DNA of 32,000 bases. Source: Guillardia theta nucleomorph. Lineage: Eukaryota > Protista > Cryptophyta. Shown here in pieces: positions 7,963 through 16,672 of this stretch. The position numbers were made by a program, and so were the translations under genes. The stretch covers positions 120,001-152,000 of the forward strand of contig AF083031.2 of NCBI GenBank assembly GCA_000002975.1. Reading direction: 5' to 3'. Position 1 is the first letter of the stretch; every line of letters starts with the position of its first letter. The notes beneath the pieces were generated by a model. The model made no database searches and was not told the origin of the DNA. It saw only the letters and a list, made by a program, of their open reading frames with translations.

Positions 7963-8040
7963 GACATGATGGCCGAGGGGTCTAAGGCGCTAGTCTAAGG
8001 CGCTAGTAAATTATCGCGGGTTCGAATCCCACTCATGTCA
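7963..8040 (+). tRNA. trnL-AAG: tRNA-Leu(AAG) with a short variable arm
   Basis: Acceptor GACATGA/TCATGTC, A-box TGGCCGAGGGG, anticodon arm CTAGT-CTAAGGC-GCTAG, B-box GGTTCGAATCC. Confidence 0.93.
7980..8007 (+). repeat. perfect 13-nt tandem repeat GTCTAAGGCGCTA x2 inside tRNA-Leu
   Basis: 7980-7992 is identical to 7993-8005, followed by a further GT. Confidence 0.9.
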
Positions 8041-9251
8041 ATGCTAGAAATTTGAATTTTTATTTGACTTTTAAAATTTTTCCCATAAGACGTGCATTTT
8101 GCTCCTGAAAAAAAATCTATACGAGCAGATAAAGAAATTTTATTCGCTATGTACCTCGCAAATTTATATTTGTTAGAATTGCTAATTTTGGATATTAATT
8201 TGGAATTTACAATTATTCCATATTTAGGAGTCTTTTCATTTTTTTTGAGCGCAGAAAATAGGTTCTTTTCAGCCCCAAGAATTTGTATTGTCGAAGAAGG
8301 TAGTTTAGCTAAATTTTTGAGAGATCCTGCGTGTGATAATATTTTAGATCCAAGAACTTCTCCGATTAAATTTACTAAGTTTGGACAAACTTTTTTCATT
8401 TTAGCTTTTATATGTTTAATTAAAACATTTTTTAATTCGAAACTTGCTATAACTAAGTTTGCAATTTTTTCTAACAAAATATAATCAATTTTATCCATAC
8501 AGATGCCTATAGACTGATTAGATGACTTTATTATTTCATAAGTAAGTCTTTCGTTATAAATTATCAGCAATATTTCTTTAAAATTATTAATATTTAGAGT
8601 TTTTTTATCTCCAATAAGTTTAACTAGTAAACAAAAGTTAAAATTATCTTTTATCAAGTTAGAAAGTTCAGGAAAGTGAAATGAATATAACTCTCTACAC
8701 ATAGTAGAAAAAAAATTATTATCTTTATCTAACTGATCCAAAATCATTGATGATTGAATTATTGAAAATTCTAAATTACTCGAAGACATTTTTAATTTTA
8801 ATTCCGAGTAAAAGTGAGCAACTCCATTTCTGGTTTTCTTTATATCATTAGGAATCAACTTTTCGATTATCCGATCAAAATAAAGTCTTATGGTCTTTAT
8901 TAATTTCAAGCATTTTTCATCAACTATTAAATAATTATTAAAAATTTTGTTTAATTTAAATGCAAGTTTTGAATCAAAAACTCCAATATTATTTTTTTCC
9001 TTTAAATCAAATGCTAAATGTAAAATTTTCTGCAATGACTTTGAAATTTTACTTTGATTTATTAAAACAGTGTTTTGTAAGGAATGTTTCAAACTTTTAA
9101 ATGGAAGAAAAAATTTAATTTTAAAAATTTTCGAAAAGTTTTGATATGATGATATAAAATTTTCATATTCTATATCTATGTATTTATTTATAATATTTTC
9201 GTTCACACTAAATAAACAATATCCTATAACTGAATCGTATAATATAAGCAT
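7995..9251 (-). CDS. nop56: box C/D snoRNP protein Nop56 (Sik1)
   Basis: IIQSSMILDQLDKD (Nop56-type), YSFHFPEL, HAGSLKNLAKLPSSTIQILGAEK and TPKYG. The 3' end overlaps tRNA-Leu antisense. Confidence 0.88.
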   Translation of the reverse strand: MLILYDSVIGYCLFSVNENIINKYIDIEYENFISSYQNFSKIFKIKFFLPFKSLKHSLQNTVLINQSKISKSLQKILHLAFDLKEKNNIGVFDSKLAFKLNKIFNNYLIVDEKCLKLIKTIRLYFDRIIEKLIPNDIKKTRNGVAHFYSELKLKMSSSNLEFSIIQSSMILDQLDKDNNFFSTMCRELYSFHFPELSNLIKDNFNFCLLVKLIGDKKTLNINNFKEILLIIYNERLTYEIIKSSNQSIGICMDKIDYILLEKIANLVIASFELKNVLIKHIKAKMKKVCPNLVNLIGEVLGSKILSHAGSLKNLAKLPSSTIQILGAEKNLFSALKKNEKTPKYGIIVNSKLISKISNSNKYKFARYIANKISLSARIDFFSGAKCTSYGKNFKSQIKIQISSIDMSGIRTRDNLLAP

Positions 9252-9341
9252 TGTTGTTTTGGTGTTTTCCTAAATGTAATTAATTTAAGAACTTTAATAT
9301 TAAACTAAATATAACTTCATAATAAATTATAAAGTATAGAG

Positions 9342-10844
9342 ATGAGACAGAAATTTTCACTTAGTGATGATGTTATGAAAATTGTTCAATCATTATCAAC
9401 AACTTTAGGTCCAAATGGAAAAGACAAAATTCTTATTGATAATGAAGGCCATATAAACACGACAAATGATGGGGCTACGATTTTAAAAAATATAAAAAGT
9501 AACACAATTGCTTCGTTGATCTTAAAAGATGTATGTTCTGTTCAAGATCTAGAATTAGGAGATGGTACTACAACAATATGTTGTTTAATAGGTGAAATGC
9601 TCAGAGAAGCAGAAAATTTAATGAATCAAAATATACATCCTCATTCAATAATAGAAGGATATAGGATTTCAGCAAAAATTGTTATTGATATCCTTAGAAA
9701 ATCTTCATTTGATAATAGTTTCAATTATGATATTTTTTTAGCAGATCTTCTCGATATAGCAAAAACTACACTGATGTCAAAGTTTATATCAAATTATTGT
9801 GAAACATTCTCTAGAATTTCACTAAGTGTTATATTGAAATTAAAAGGTAACCTCAATAGAGGTAGAATAAACATTTTAAAAATTTTAGGTGGTTCACTCA
9901 AAGATTCCTATTTAGATAACGGTATATTAATCGAAAAAAGCTTTGGTATCGGACAGCCAAAGAAATTACTGAATGCAAGAATAATGATTTTAAATTGTTC
10001 TCTTGATTCGGATAAAATAAAAATATATGGAGCAAAAGTGAAGGTGAAAAAATTGTCACAAATGGCTCAGATTGAACTATCGGAGAATAAAAGGCTTTTG
10101 GACAAATGTAAAAAAATTCTAAATCATGGAATAAACGTAGTAGTCAATAGGCAATTGATATATGATAAACAAGAACGTTTTTTCACGGATCATGGGATAA
10201 TATCAATAGAAAATGCAGATTTTGAAGGAATAGAAAAATTATCATTGGCTGTTAATTCTGAAATAGCATCAAGTTTTGATGATATAAAAAAAATAAAAAT
10301 TGGCAAAGCTGATTTAGTTGAAGAAATCAGTATTGGATCAAAAAATTTTGTTAGGTTCTCTGGATTTGAAAATAATGGAATAGGTACAATTGTTATTAGA
10401 GGTTCTACTGATGAAATTTTAGATGAAGCAGAGAGAGCACTCAATGATACATTATGTGTTTTAATTAATTCATTGAAAAACTCTAGGTTCGTTTGGGGGG
10501 CAGGTTGTTGTGAACTTAAGGCATCAAGAATATTACAAGATATTTCTAAAAATTTTGATTTTGAATATTCCAAATGTCTGAATTCATTTGCAAGAGCATT
10601 GATGAGTATACCAACGATTATTGCATATAATTCAGATATTGATATTAAAAATTTAGTTAAGAATATTCCATTAGAATGCTATGATTTATCATCAGATAGT
10701 TGTTTAGATCTTAAAAATAGCAAGTTGGGAAATGCAAGAAATTTAGGAATCATTGAACCTCTTAAATTAAAAATATTTACTATATTGTCAGCAACAGAAG
10801 CAGTAGAAATATTCATCAGAATAAATAAAATATTTTTGAATTAA
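9342..10844 (+). CDS. tcpB: chaperonin CCT/TCP-1 beta subunit
   Basis: TTLGPNGKDKIL, TNDGATIL, GDGTTT, plus CCT2-type DKIKIYGAKVKV and NRQLIY. Confidence 0.93.
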   Translation: MRQKFSLSDDVMKIVQSLSTTLGPNGKDKILIDNEGHINTTNDGATILKNIKSNTIASLILKDVCSVQDLELGDGTTTICCLIGEMLREAENLMNQNIHPHSIIEGYRISAKIVIDILRKSSFDNSFNYDIFLADLLDIAKTTLMSKFISNYCETFSRISLSVILKLKGNLNRGRINILKILGGSLKDSYLDNGILIEKSFGIGQPKKLLNARIMILNCSLDSDKIKIYGAKVKVKKLSQMAQIELSENKRLLDKCKKILNHGINVVVNRQLIYDKQERFFTDHGIISIENADFEGIEKLSLAVNSEIASSFDDIKKIKIGKADLVEEISIGSKNFVRFSGFENNGIGTIVIRGSTDEILDEAERALNDTLCVLINSLKNSRFVWGAGCCELKASRILQDISKNFDFEYSKCLNSFARALMSIPTIIAYNSDIDIKNLVKNIPLECYDLSSDSCLDLKNSKLGNARNLGIIEPLKLKIFTILSATEAVEIFIRINKIFLN

Positions 10845-10908
10845 AAAATAAAATAACTAATGATAAATTGCGTTTGAATCTAAACTATTATGAGAAAAGC
10901 ATTTAATT

Positions 10909-11388
10909 CTATAATCTTCTTCCTCTTCTTCCTCCTTTTCTTCTTGTAGAATCTGATGGTATTGGAGTAACATCTTCTATTCTACCTATTTTTATTCCTG
11001 ATCTGGCTAAGGCCCTAATAGCGCTTTGAGCTCCTGGTCCTGGTGATTTATTTGAATTACCTCCTTTTCCTCTTAATTTAATATGCAAAGCATTTATGCC
11101 TAATTCTCTACATTTTTCGGCTACCTTTTGAGCTGCCATCATGGCTGCATACGGGGAAGATTCATCACGATCAGCTTTTACTTCCATACCTCCAGTTCTT
11201 CTTACTAAAGTCTCTGAACCAGATAAATCTGTGACATGAATAAATGTATCATTAAATGATGCAAAAATATGAACAACACCAAAATTAAAATCTGTTGTTT
11301 TTTTTAAATTTTGATTTTTCAAATTTTTTTGAGAAATATTTTTAGGTTTAAAAATCATACTTTCCTTGTTAGTTTCATTTATTTTCAT
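10909..11388 (-). CDS. rps14: 40S ribosomal protein S14 (uS11)
   Basis: [22 protein letters not shown] and [14 protein letters not shown]. Confidence 0.98.
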   Translation of the reverse strand: MKINETNKESMIFKPKNISQKNLKNQNLKKTTDFNFGVVHIFASFNDTFIHVTDLSGSETLVRRTGGMEVKADRDESSPYAAMMAAQKVAEKCRELGINALHIKLRGKGGNSNKSPGPGAQSAIRALARSGIKIGRIEDVTPIPSDSTRRKGGRRGRRL

Positions 11389-11440
11389 TTTACTACAAAT
11401 ATAATATATAGCTATTTGTTATTTAAATTTAAATATTATA

Positions 11441-11791
11441 ATGAAACAATATGAGAAAATTAATATCGAGAAAGAACATGAAATTCTTAGAATCACACTT
11501 ACTTCAAAACATTTAATTTCTTTAGAAAAAGCTTGTAAGGAAATAATTGAAAAAAATAAAGAAAATAATTATCATATCAGAGGTCCTATAAGAATTCCAA
11601 CTAAAAAAATTAATTTAAATGTTAGGAAATCACCTTGTGGGGAAGGTACGAATACTTGGGATAAATTTGAAATGAAGATTCACAAAAGAATAATAGATTT
11701 TCATTCAAATAAAAGTGAATTTAATTCTATTACACCAATAAATTTAGACAATGGTATTGAAATAGACGCTCAAATTTTAAAAAGGATATAA
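11441..11791 (+). CDS. rps20: 40S ribosomal protein S20 (uS10)
   Basis: RITLTS and RKSPCGEGTNTWDKFEMKIHKRIID. Confidence 0.97.
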   Translation: MKQYEKINIEKEHEILRITLTSKHLISLEKACKEIIEKNKENNYHIRGPIRIPTKKINLNVRKSPCGEGTNTWDKFEMKIHKRIIDFHSNKSEFNSITPINLDNGIEIDAQILKRI

Positions 11792-11804
11792 TTCATATCT
11801 ATAT

Positions 11805-12968
11805 TTATAAATGATTAACATCCTTCAAAATGGTATTCCATTCTTTTGAAAATAAAGGCCTGTCCGGATCCATGACACGTTTTATGTCTCTTATTGCTTC
11901 TATAAACAAATCTCTAGATTTTATTATTGTATATCTGTCTGGTAATCTTCCAAAAATAATTATAGATAATAGCTGTTGGATTTCATGAGTAATACACAAA
12001 CTTTTTTCTAAAACTTCCCATTGTTCTAAAGTCAAATTTACATTGTTTTTATTTTGCTCAAAGTGATCAGATTTTTCGTTCATGATTCGTAATAACGCTC
12101 TCAATTTTTTGTTTGTCTCACATAACCTTGTATAATTTTCTTTTGCTATGAGTTCATTTGTTTTCAAAAATCCATCTATATTAACCAGTACTATTGTCAG
12201 ATCATTAGCTAAAACTCTTATTCTTCCAAGAAAAGCCAACGTCGGATCGGGAGAAACACAGAAAGGATATGCTGCAAACAAATAAGTCCAAGTAGCTCCA
12301 TGATAATTAATTGAATTTAATATAGAATTTTTTCTAGAAATTTTATGTATTTCAGCAATTCTTATAAGATGGTAATCAGATGAAACTAATGTAAAATGAC
12401 ATTTAGTAATTGCTTCGTCATTATACTTATTCTTGAGTAACATAGTTAAGTTTTTAAGATTTTCTTTAAAGTTATCTGATTTGTCATGAATACTAAAATC
12501 AATTCCTCCAATATCAATATTCAATTGTGAACATAAGAATCTAAAATAAATATATCCTGATTCACATGAAGAAATTTTATCATCTCTCCTTTTATTAGAA
12601 ATGAACGCAACCATATCAGGTTTAATTTTTCCTGAGTTTATATGTGTAACTAAAGTAGAAATTCTTCTTGAGAATTCCAAACTGATCTGTTTATTTATCA
12701 AAGTTTTGGAAAATATTACCGCAATGTGTAAACTGGATTCTAGATGTCCATTAATATTTTCTTGTAGGGATGATTCATGATATTTTTTATTTGAAAGCAA
12801 ATATTCTAACTTATGAGCTATTTCATGTAAACGTGGTTCTTTATTATATTGAATTTCTAAATTATTCGAATTTTTTTTTGTTTTTAAATTAAAATTATTT
12901 TTTTTTGTTTCATAGTTTTCTAGACTTTTTAGTTTGTTAAAATTTTCATAATTGATAAAAAGATACAT
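11805..12968 (-). CDS. conserved hypothetical protein (387 aa) with a DUF218/YdcF-like motif; possibly plastid-targeted
   Basis: First ATG is at 12968 (MYLFINYENF...). N/K-rich N-terminal extension, then LVSSDYHLIRI resembling the DUF218 LVTSxYHxxR motif. The core has balanced amino-acid composition. Confidence 0.6.
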   Translation of the reverse strand: MYLFINYENFNKLKSLENYETKKNNFNLKTKKNSNNLEIQYNKEPRLHEIAHKLEYLLSNKKYHESSLQENINGHLESSLHIAVIFSKTLINKQISLEFSRRISTLVTHINSGKIKPDMVAFISNKRRDDKISSCESGYIYFRFLCSQLNIDIGGIDFSIHDKSDNFKENLKNLTMLLKNKYNDEAITKCHFTLVSSDYHLIRIAEIHKISRKNSILNSINYHGATWTYLFAAYPFCVSPDPTLAFLGRIRVLANDLTIVLVNIDGFLKTNELIAKENYTRLCETNKKLRALLRIMNEKSDHFEQNKNNVNLTLEQWEVLEKSLCITHEIQQLLSIIIFGRLPDRYTIIKSRDLFIEAIRDIKRVMDPDRPLFSKEWNTILKDVNHL

Positions 12969-13003
12969 TAATATAATAATCTTGACGTTTCCTAAAAACA
13001 AAT

Positions 13004-13482
13004 ATGAGAAATACTATACAAGTATATGGTAAAAAAGTAAGTATAGATTGAAATAGAATTTGATATACGTTATAAAGTAATTCTAGAAAAATTCAACTGC
13101 AATTGCATTAGTAAAAGGTCCTGGAAAAGGAATAATTAAGGTCAATGGAATACCAATTGATCTTCTACAACCTGAAACGTTGAAAATCAAGGTGTTTGAG
13201 CCTTTTTTTATACTAAGATCCGATACATTTACAGACATAGATATTAGAATTAAAGTTAAGGGAGGAGGACATGTTAGTCAATTATACGCAATAAGACAAG
13301 CAATTGCAAGAGGAATTATTAGATACGCGGAAAAGTATGTAGGAGAAGAAACAAAAATAAAATTTAAAAATTTGCTACTTAATTATGACAGAAGTTTACT
13401 CGTCAAAGATTCCAGAAATGTAGAGCCAAAAAAATATGGAGGAAAAGGCGCTAGAGCAAGATATCAAAAGTCATATAGATAA
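13004..13482 (+). CDS. rps16: 40S ribosomal protein S16 (uS9); join(13004..13036,13087..13482)
   Basis: Spliced MRNTIQVYGKK/KNSTAIALVK..GKGIIKVNG; C-terminus EPKKYGGKGARARYQKSYR. Confidence 0.96.
13037..13086 (+). other. spliceosomal intron, 50 nt, phase 0 (rps16)
   Basis: GTAAGTAT...GTAATTCTAG. Removal restores the conserved GKKK motif and the frame. Confidence 0.93.
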
Positions 13483-13487
13483 AATAT

Positions 13488-14135
13488 TTAAACCATTAAT
13501 TTTTTAATATTTATGAGTTTTTCTAACTCATGAATTTTGTTAGTATGAGATATTTTAAAGTTGATTTCATTTTTCCACCTTAAAATAGGGATTTTGTGAT
13601 ATAAGTTTCCATACATACCAGTATGAAGTCTTTTTAGAAGTTCATGTTCTAAGGTTTTTTGTAGAAAATATTCTTTTTGCAAATTTGAATCTTTGTAAAT
13701 TAATAAATTTTTACTAGTTTTAATATCTTGTTCAATTTGTCTAATTTTGGTAATTTTTTCTTTAATGATTATTTGATAAAATCTAGTTAATTTCTGTTTA
13801 TTTTTAAAAACAAAATATTCAGGCCAGTAAGCTAACTTCATATCAACTTGAGATAATGCTTTTAGATAATTCCTAGACAACTCGTATTTTTTCCATATTT
13901 TGGAAGGAAACTTTGAATACATTCCAGTTTTAATAAACAAAAAAAGCCGACTTTTTTTTCTTATGATAGTCGCATAGAACGAATTTGATAACGGACACAG
14001 TTGTTTGGAACAAAAACCGTTTATATTATATTTATTACTACAAAATTTATGATTATCTCTTTTTGTTTTAAAAGAACAAAACTTATCAGATCCTATTATT
14101 TCCCACAATACCAAATCAGTTATATTTCTATCCAT
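13488..14135 (-). CDS. mak16: ribosome biogenesis protein Mak16
   Basis: WEIIG..FCSFK, FCSNKYNINGFCSKQLCPLSNSFYATI and LEHELLKRL..GMYG. Confidence 0.93.
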   Translation of the reverse strand: MDRNITDLVLWEIIGSDKFCSFKTKRDNHKFCSNKYNINGFCSKQLCPLSNSFYATIIRKKSRLFLFIKTGMYSKFPSKIWKKYELSRNYLKALSQVDMKLAYWPEYFVFKNKQKLTRFYQIIIKEKITKIRQIEQDIKTSKNLLIYKDSNLQKEYFLQKTLEHELLKRLHTGMYGNLYHKIPILRWKNEINFKISHTNKIHELEKLINIKKLMV

Positions 14136-14177
14136 GAGTAGAATAATAATATTATTTATTTATTTAGATTTATTTTC

Positions 14178-15305
14178 TTAAGGATTAAAAAAGCTCTTTT
14201 TTTCATTAGAATCTTGAAATTTACCATGACCCCATTTTGATGATGTATCTATAAAAGTCAGGTTAATATTTTCTTTAAAATTTTTATTTTTATGAATAGA
14301 CTTCCTTAAAATCAATCCCCTCTTTTTGGAACCTACAATACCTCCTTTTAATATCAAAAAATCTGATTTAACAAGTCCATAAAAAGGAAATCCACCCATG
14401 GGATTGATACTAAAATTACTTTTGTTATTGGTTAAAATATGATTTGATATGAATCCATCTTTTCCTATGGCATATATTTTGATATTTAATGAGGTTCTAT
14501 GATGATATCCCGATTGACCTGCTCTAGCAACAGTAAAAGACACTCTTGAAGGATGCCAAGACCCTACGCATGCAACTTTCCTTGCACCACGATGTGTTTT
14601 TCTTGGAAGTTTTGTTACACCCCATCTACTTACAACACCTTGAAACCCTTTTCCTTTTGATATTCCTATTATATCTACAAGTTCATTTTCTGAAAAAATC
14701 TGATCAATTGTTATTTTTTTTCCTAATATTTTTTCAATATAATCCAATTTGTGTTCAGGTTTTCCACCATTTAATTGAATTTCTAATATTTTGGATTTTC
14801 TTTTCTTAAAACCGATTTTTTTTATTTCCGAAGAAATAATACATCTTAGAATTGAACAATATTTAAAATAAGTTTCTTTAAACTTTTTTAAATTAACTAT
14901 CTTGTTATAATGGGTGAAAGATTTTTTTTTACTTTTATACCAATTTTTGTAATAATTTCTTTTAATCGATTCATCGACTTCATCAATCCACACTGTATTT
15001 AGACTTCGTATGCCTTTGGGGGTTTTTATATAACCAACAAAACCTACAATTAAAATCGGAGGAGTTTCTAAAATTGTTACTGCATCTATGACCTCTCGTT
15101 TGTTCATCTTAGAATTAGGCAAATCAACTAACCTTTCAACGTGAGTCATACCGGATTTGTATCCAATCGAACCGGTTAAGTGACAACTTTGACAAATATC
15201 ATCTTTTGGAAACGATTTAATTTTACCAACTGTTCTTCTGCATCTTTTTTTTGGTAAAAATTGTAAAGATCCATGTCGGGGTGCTTCAAATTTCCTGTGA
15301 GCCAT
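14178..15305 (-). CDS. rpl3: 60S ribosomal protein L3 (uL3)
   Basis: MAHRKFEAPRHGSL, KLPRKTHRG.RKVAC.G.WHP and IDTSSK.GHG.FQ. Confidence 0.98.
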   Translation of the reverse strand: MAHRKFEAPRHGSLQFLPKKRCRRTVGKIKSFPKDDICQSCHLTGSIGYKSGMTHVERLVDLPNSKMNKREVIDAVTILETPPILIVGFVGYIKTPKGIRSLNTVWIDEVDESIKRNYYKNWYKSKKKSFTHYNKIVNLKKFKETYFKYCSILRCIISSEIKKIGFKKRKSKILEIQLNGGKPEHKLDYIEKILGKKITIDQIFSENELVDIIGISKGKGFQGVVSRWGVTKLPRKTHRGARKVACVGSWHPSRVSFTVARAGQSGYHHRTSLNIKIYAIGKDGFISNHILTNNKSNFSINPMGGFPFYGLVKSDFLILKGGIVGSKKRGLILRKSIHKNKNFKENINLTFIDTSSKWGHGKFQDSNEKKSFFNP

Positions 15306-15329
15306 TTAACAGAAGTGTGCTTGAATTTG

Positions 15330-16028
15330 TTACAAAAATAAAATAATAATTAAGGTTAAACTCATAATTTTCCAAAAAATTAAAAAAGTTTGATAACTAG
15401 GTTTGTGAAATTTTTTCAAAAGAGTTTCTCTTGTTTTATTTAGATTTTTTAATACATTTGAATTATTTAATTCTATCTGCTCAAAACAAATTGATTGATT
15501 GGTTATCAGATAACTTACTTTTTCATTTAATATTTTTATATCAATTTCGACTTTTAAAGAAAGTCTGTTCATTTCTCTTTTAATCATATATAAATTTTTT
15601 TTTTTATAAGATTTTAAATTGAATGTCATATTATTAGCATTTTTACTAATATTTTCTGATTTATTATAATTTTCACTTTTTTTTTTTTTTAATAATTTAA
15701 ATTTAGGAATCAACAAATTTGTAAAAAAAAGTATAAGAAATTCTAGATAAATTAGATAAAAATAAGGATAGGAATTGTTTTTAGATGATAATTTTACTAA
15801 TTGAAAATAGTTAGAAATGAACTTGTTTAAACTAGAACAAATTTTATTGTTTGTTGAATATAGATTAAGATTGTTAAATACTCCTAAATGCTTGAATATA
15901 CTAATTGACAAAATTAATTTAGCTATTAATGAATAATAAAATTTTAAAAAAGTATCAAATTTGTTTTTATGATTGATTTTTGTAAAAATTGATATATTGT
16001 TATCGTAGATATAAATATTAACTATCAT
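15330..16028 (-). CDS. putative Qa-SNARE (syntaxin-5/Sed5-like), tail-anchored
   Basis: C-terminal heptad region LITNQSICFEQIELN...RETLLKKF..LIFWKIMSLTLIIILFL aligns with Sed5 MVKEQEETIQRIDEN...HSEILKYF..WLMVKIFLILIVFF. Zero-layer Gln and terminal TM are present. Confidence 0.6.
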   Translation of the reverse strand: MIVNIYIYDNNISIFTKINHKNKFDTFLKFYYSLIAKLILSISIFKHLGVFNNLNLYSTNNKICSSLNKFISNYFQLVKLSSKNNSYPYFYLIYLEFLILFFTNLLIPKFKLLKKKKSENYNKSENISKNANNMTFNLKSYKKKNLYMIKREMNRLSLKVEIDIKILNEKVSYLITNQSICFEQIELNNSNVLKNLNKTRETLLKKFHKPSYQTFLIFWKIMSLTLIIILFL

Positions 16029-16056
16029 TTAACGAGCCTTAATTTGATAGAATTAT

Positions 16057-16650
16057 TTAATTATTTTGATTTAAAGATCTTCTTCTAACTCTACCAGGAA
16101 GACCTCCTCCATAAGGTGAACTTTTAAAAAAATCAATACGGTCTTGATTTACAGACTTTACCATTACACTAGGTATATCTACTAGTTGATCATTTACCGA
16201 AATGTGTTTATGTCTAACTAATATTCTAGCATGATGGATACTTCTAGCTAAACCATTTTTGAAAACCAAAGTCTGTAACCTTCTTTCCAAAAAATCTTGA
16301 ATTTTTAAAGATAAAACAGATTCTAGATTTGTATTATTATCACTCAAGATTCCGTAGTTTTTTAATCTTTTTATTAATGCGTTTGCTTGAATTTTTCTTC
16401 TTGGATCATTTTCTTGAAGCGTTAGAAGTAATCTAGCCGATGATCTAATTTTAGAAAGAGCCAATTGTACTCTCCAAACTTCTCTTTTGTTTTTAAGACC
16501 ATATTCACCTATAATTTTTAGTTCATAATCAAGCCTCTCTTTTTCATAAGGTCTCCTGGGAGTCTTTGAAGTTTTTGAAACTTAATTAAATTTTTAAAAA
16601 TTGAATTTGTAATTTTTCTTATACTTACAGTTGCGATAATTTTTTGACAT
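16057..16650 (-). CDS. rps9: 40S ribosomal protein S9 (uS4); complement(join(16057..16580,16629..16650))
   Basis: Spliced [25 protein letters not shown]...[14 protein letters not shown]; also DFLERRLQT. Confidence 0.96.
16581..16628 (-). other. spliceosomal intron, 48 nt, phase 1 (rps9)
   Basis: Minus strand GTAAGTAT...TTAATTAAG (AAG acceptor). Removal links the ATG at 16650 in frame. Confidence 0.92.
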
Positions 16651-16672
16651 AACTTTAATACCGTGAGAATAG

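Noticed and set aside
8092-8484. Plus-strand 130-aa ORF (likewise 10190-10573, 14546-14809, 19049-19258, 19849-20070, 22797-23186, 25616-25813, 26725-26940, 27077-27268, 29056-29265)
   Set aside because: All lie antisense to longer genes, most of them well supported, and show no independent homology.
597-16464. TTG starts in the ORF track (597, 1545, 5696, 13001, 13180, 16464) as non-AUG initiation
   Set aside because: Each is explained by an upstream ATG exon plus intron or by a nearby in-frame ATG.
16621-16630. ATACTTACAG resembling the U1 snRNA 5' end
   Set aside because: It is simply the reverse complement of the rps9 intron donor, and no U1 structure follows.
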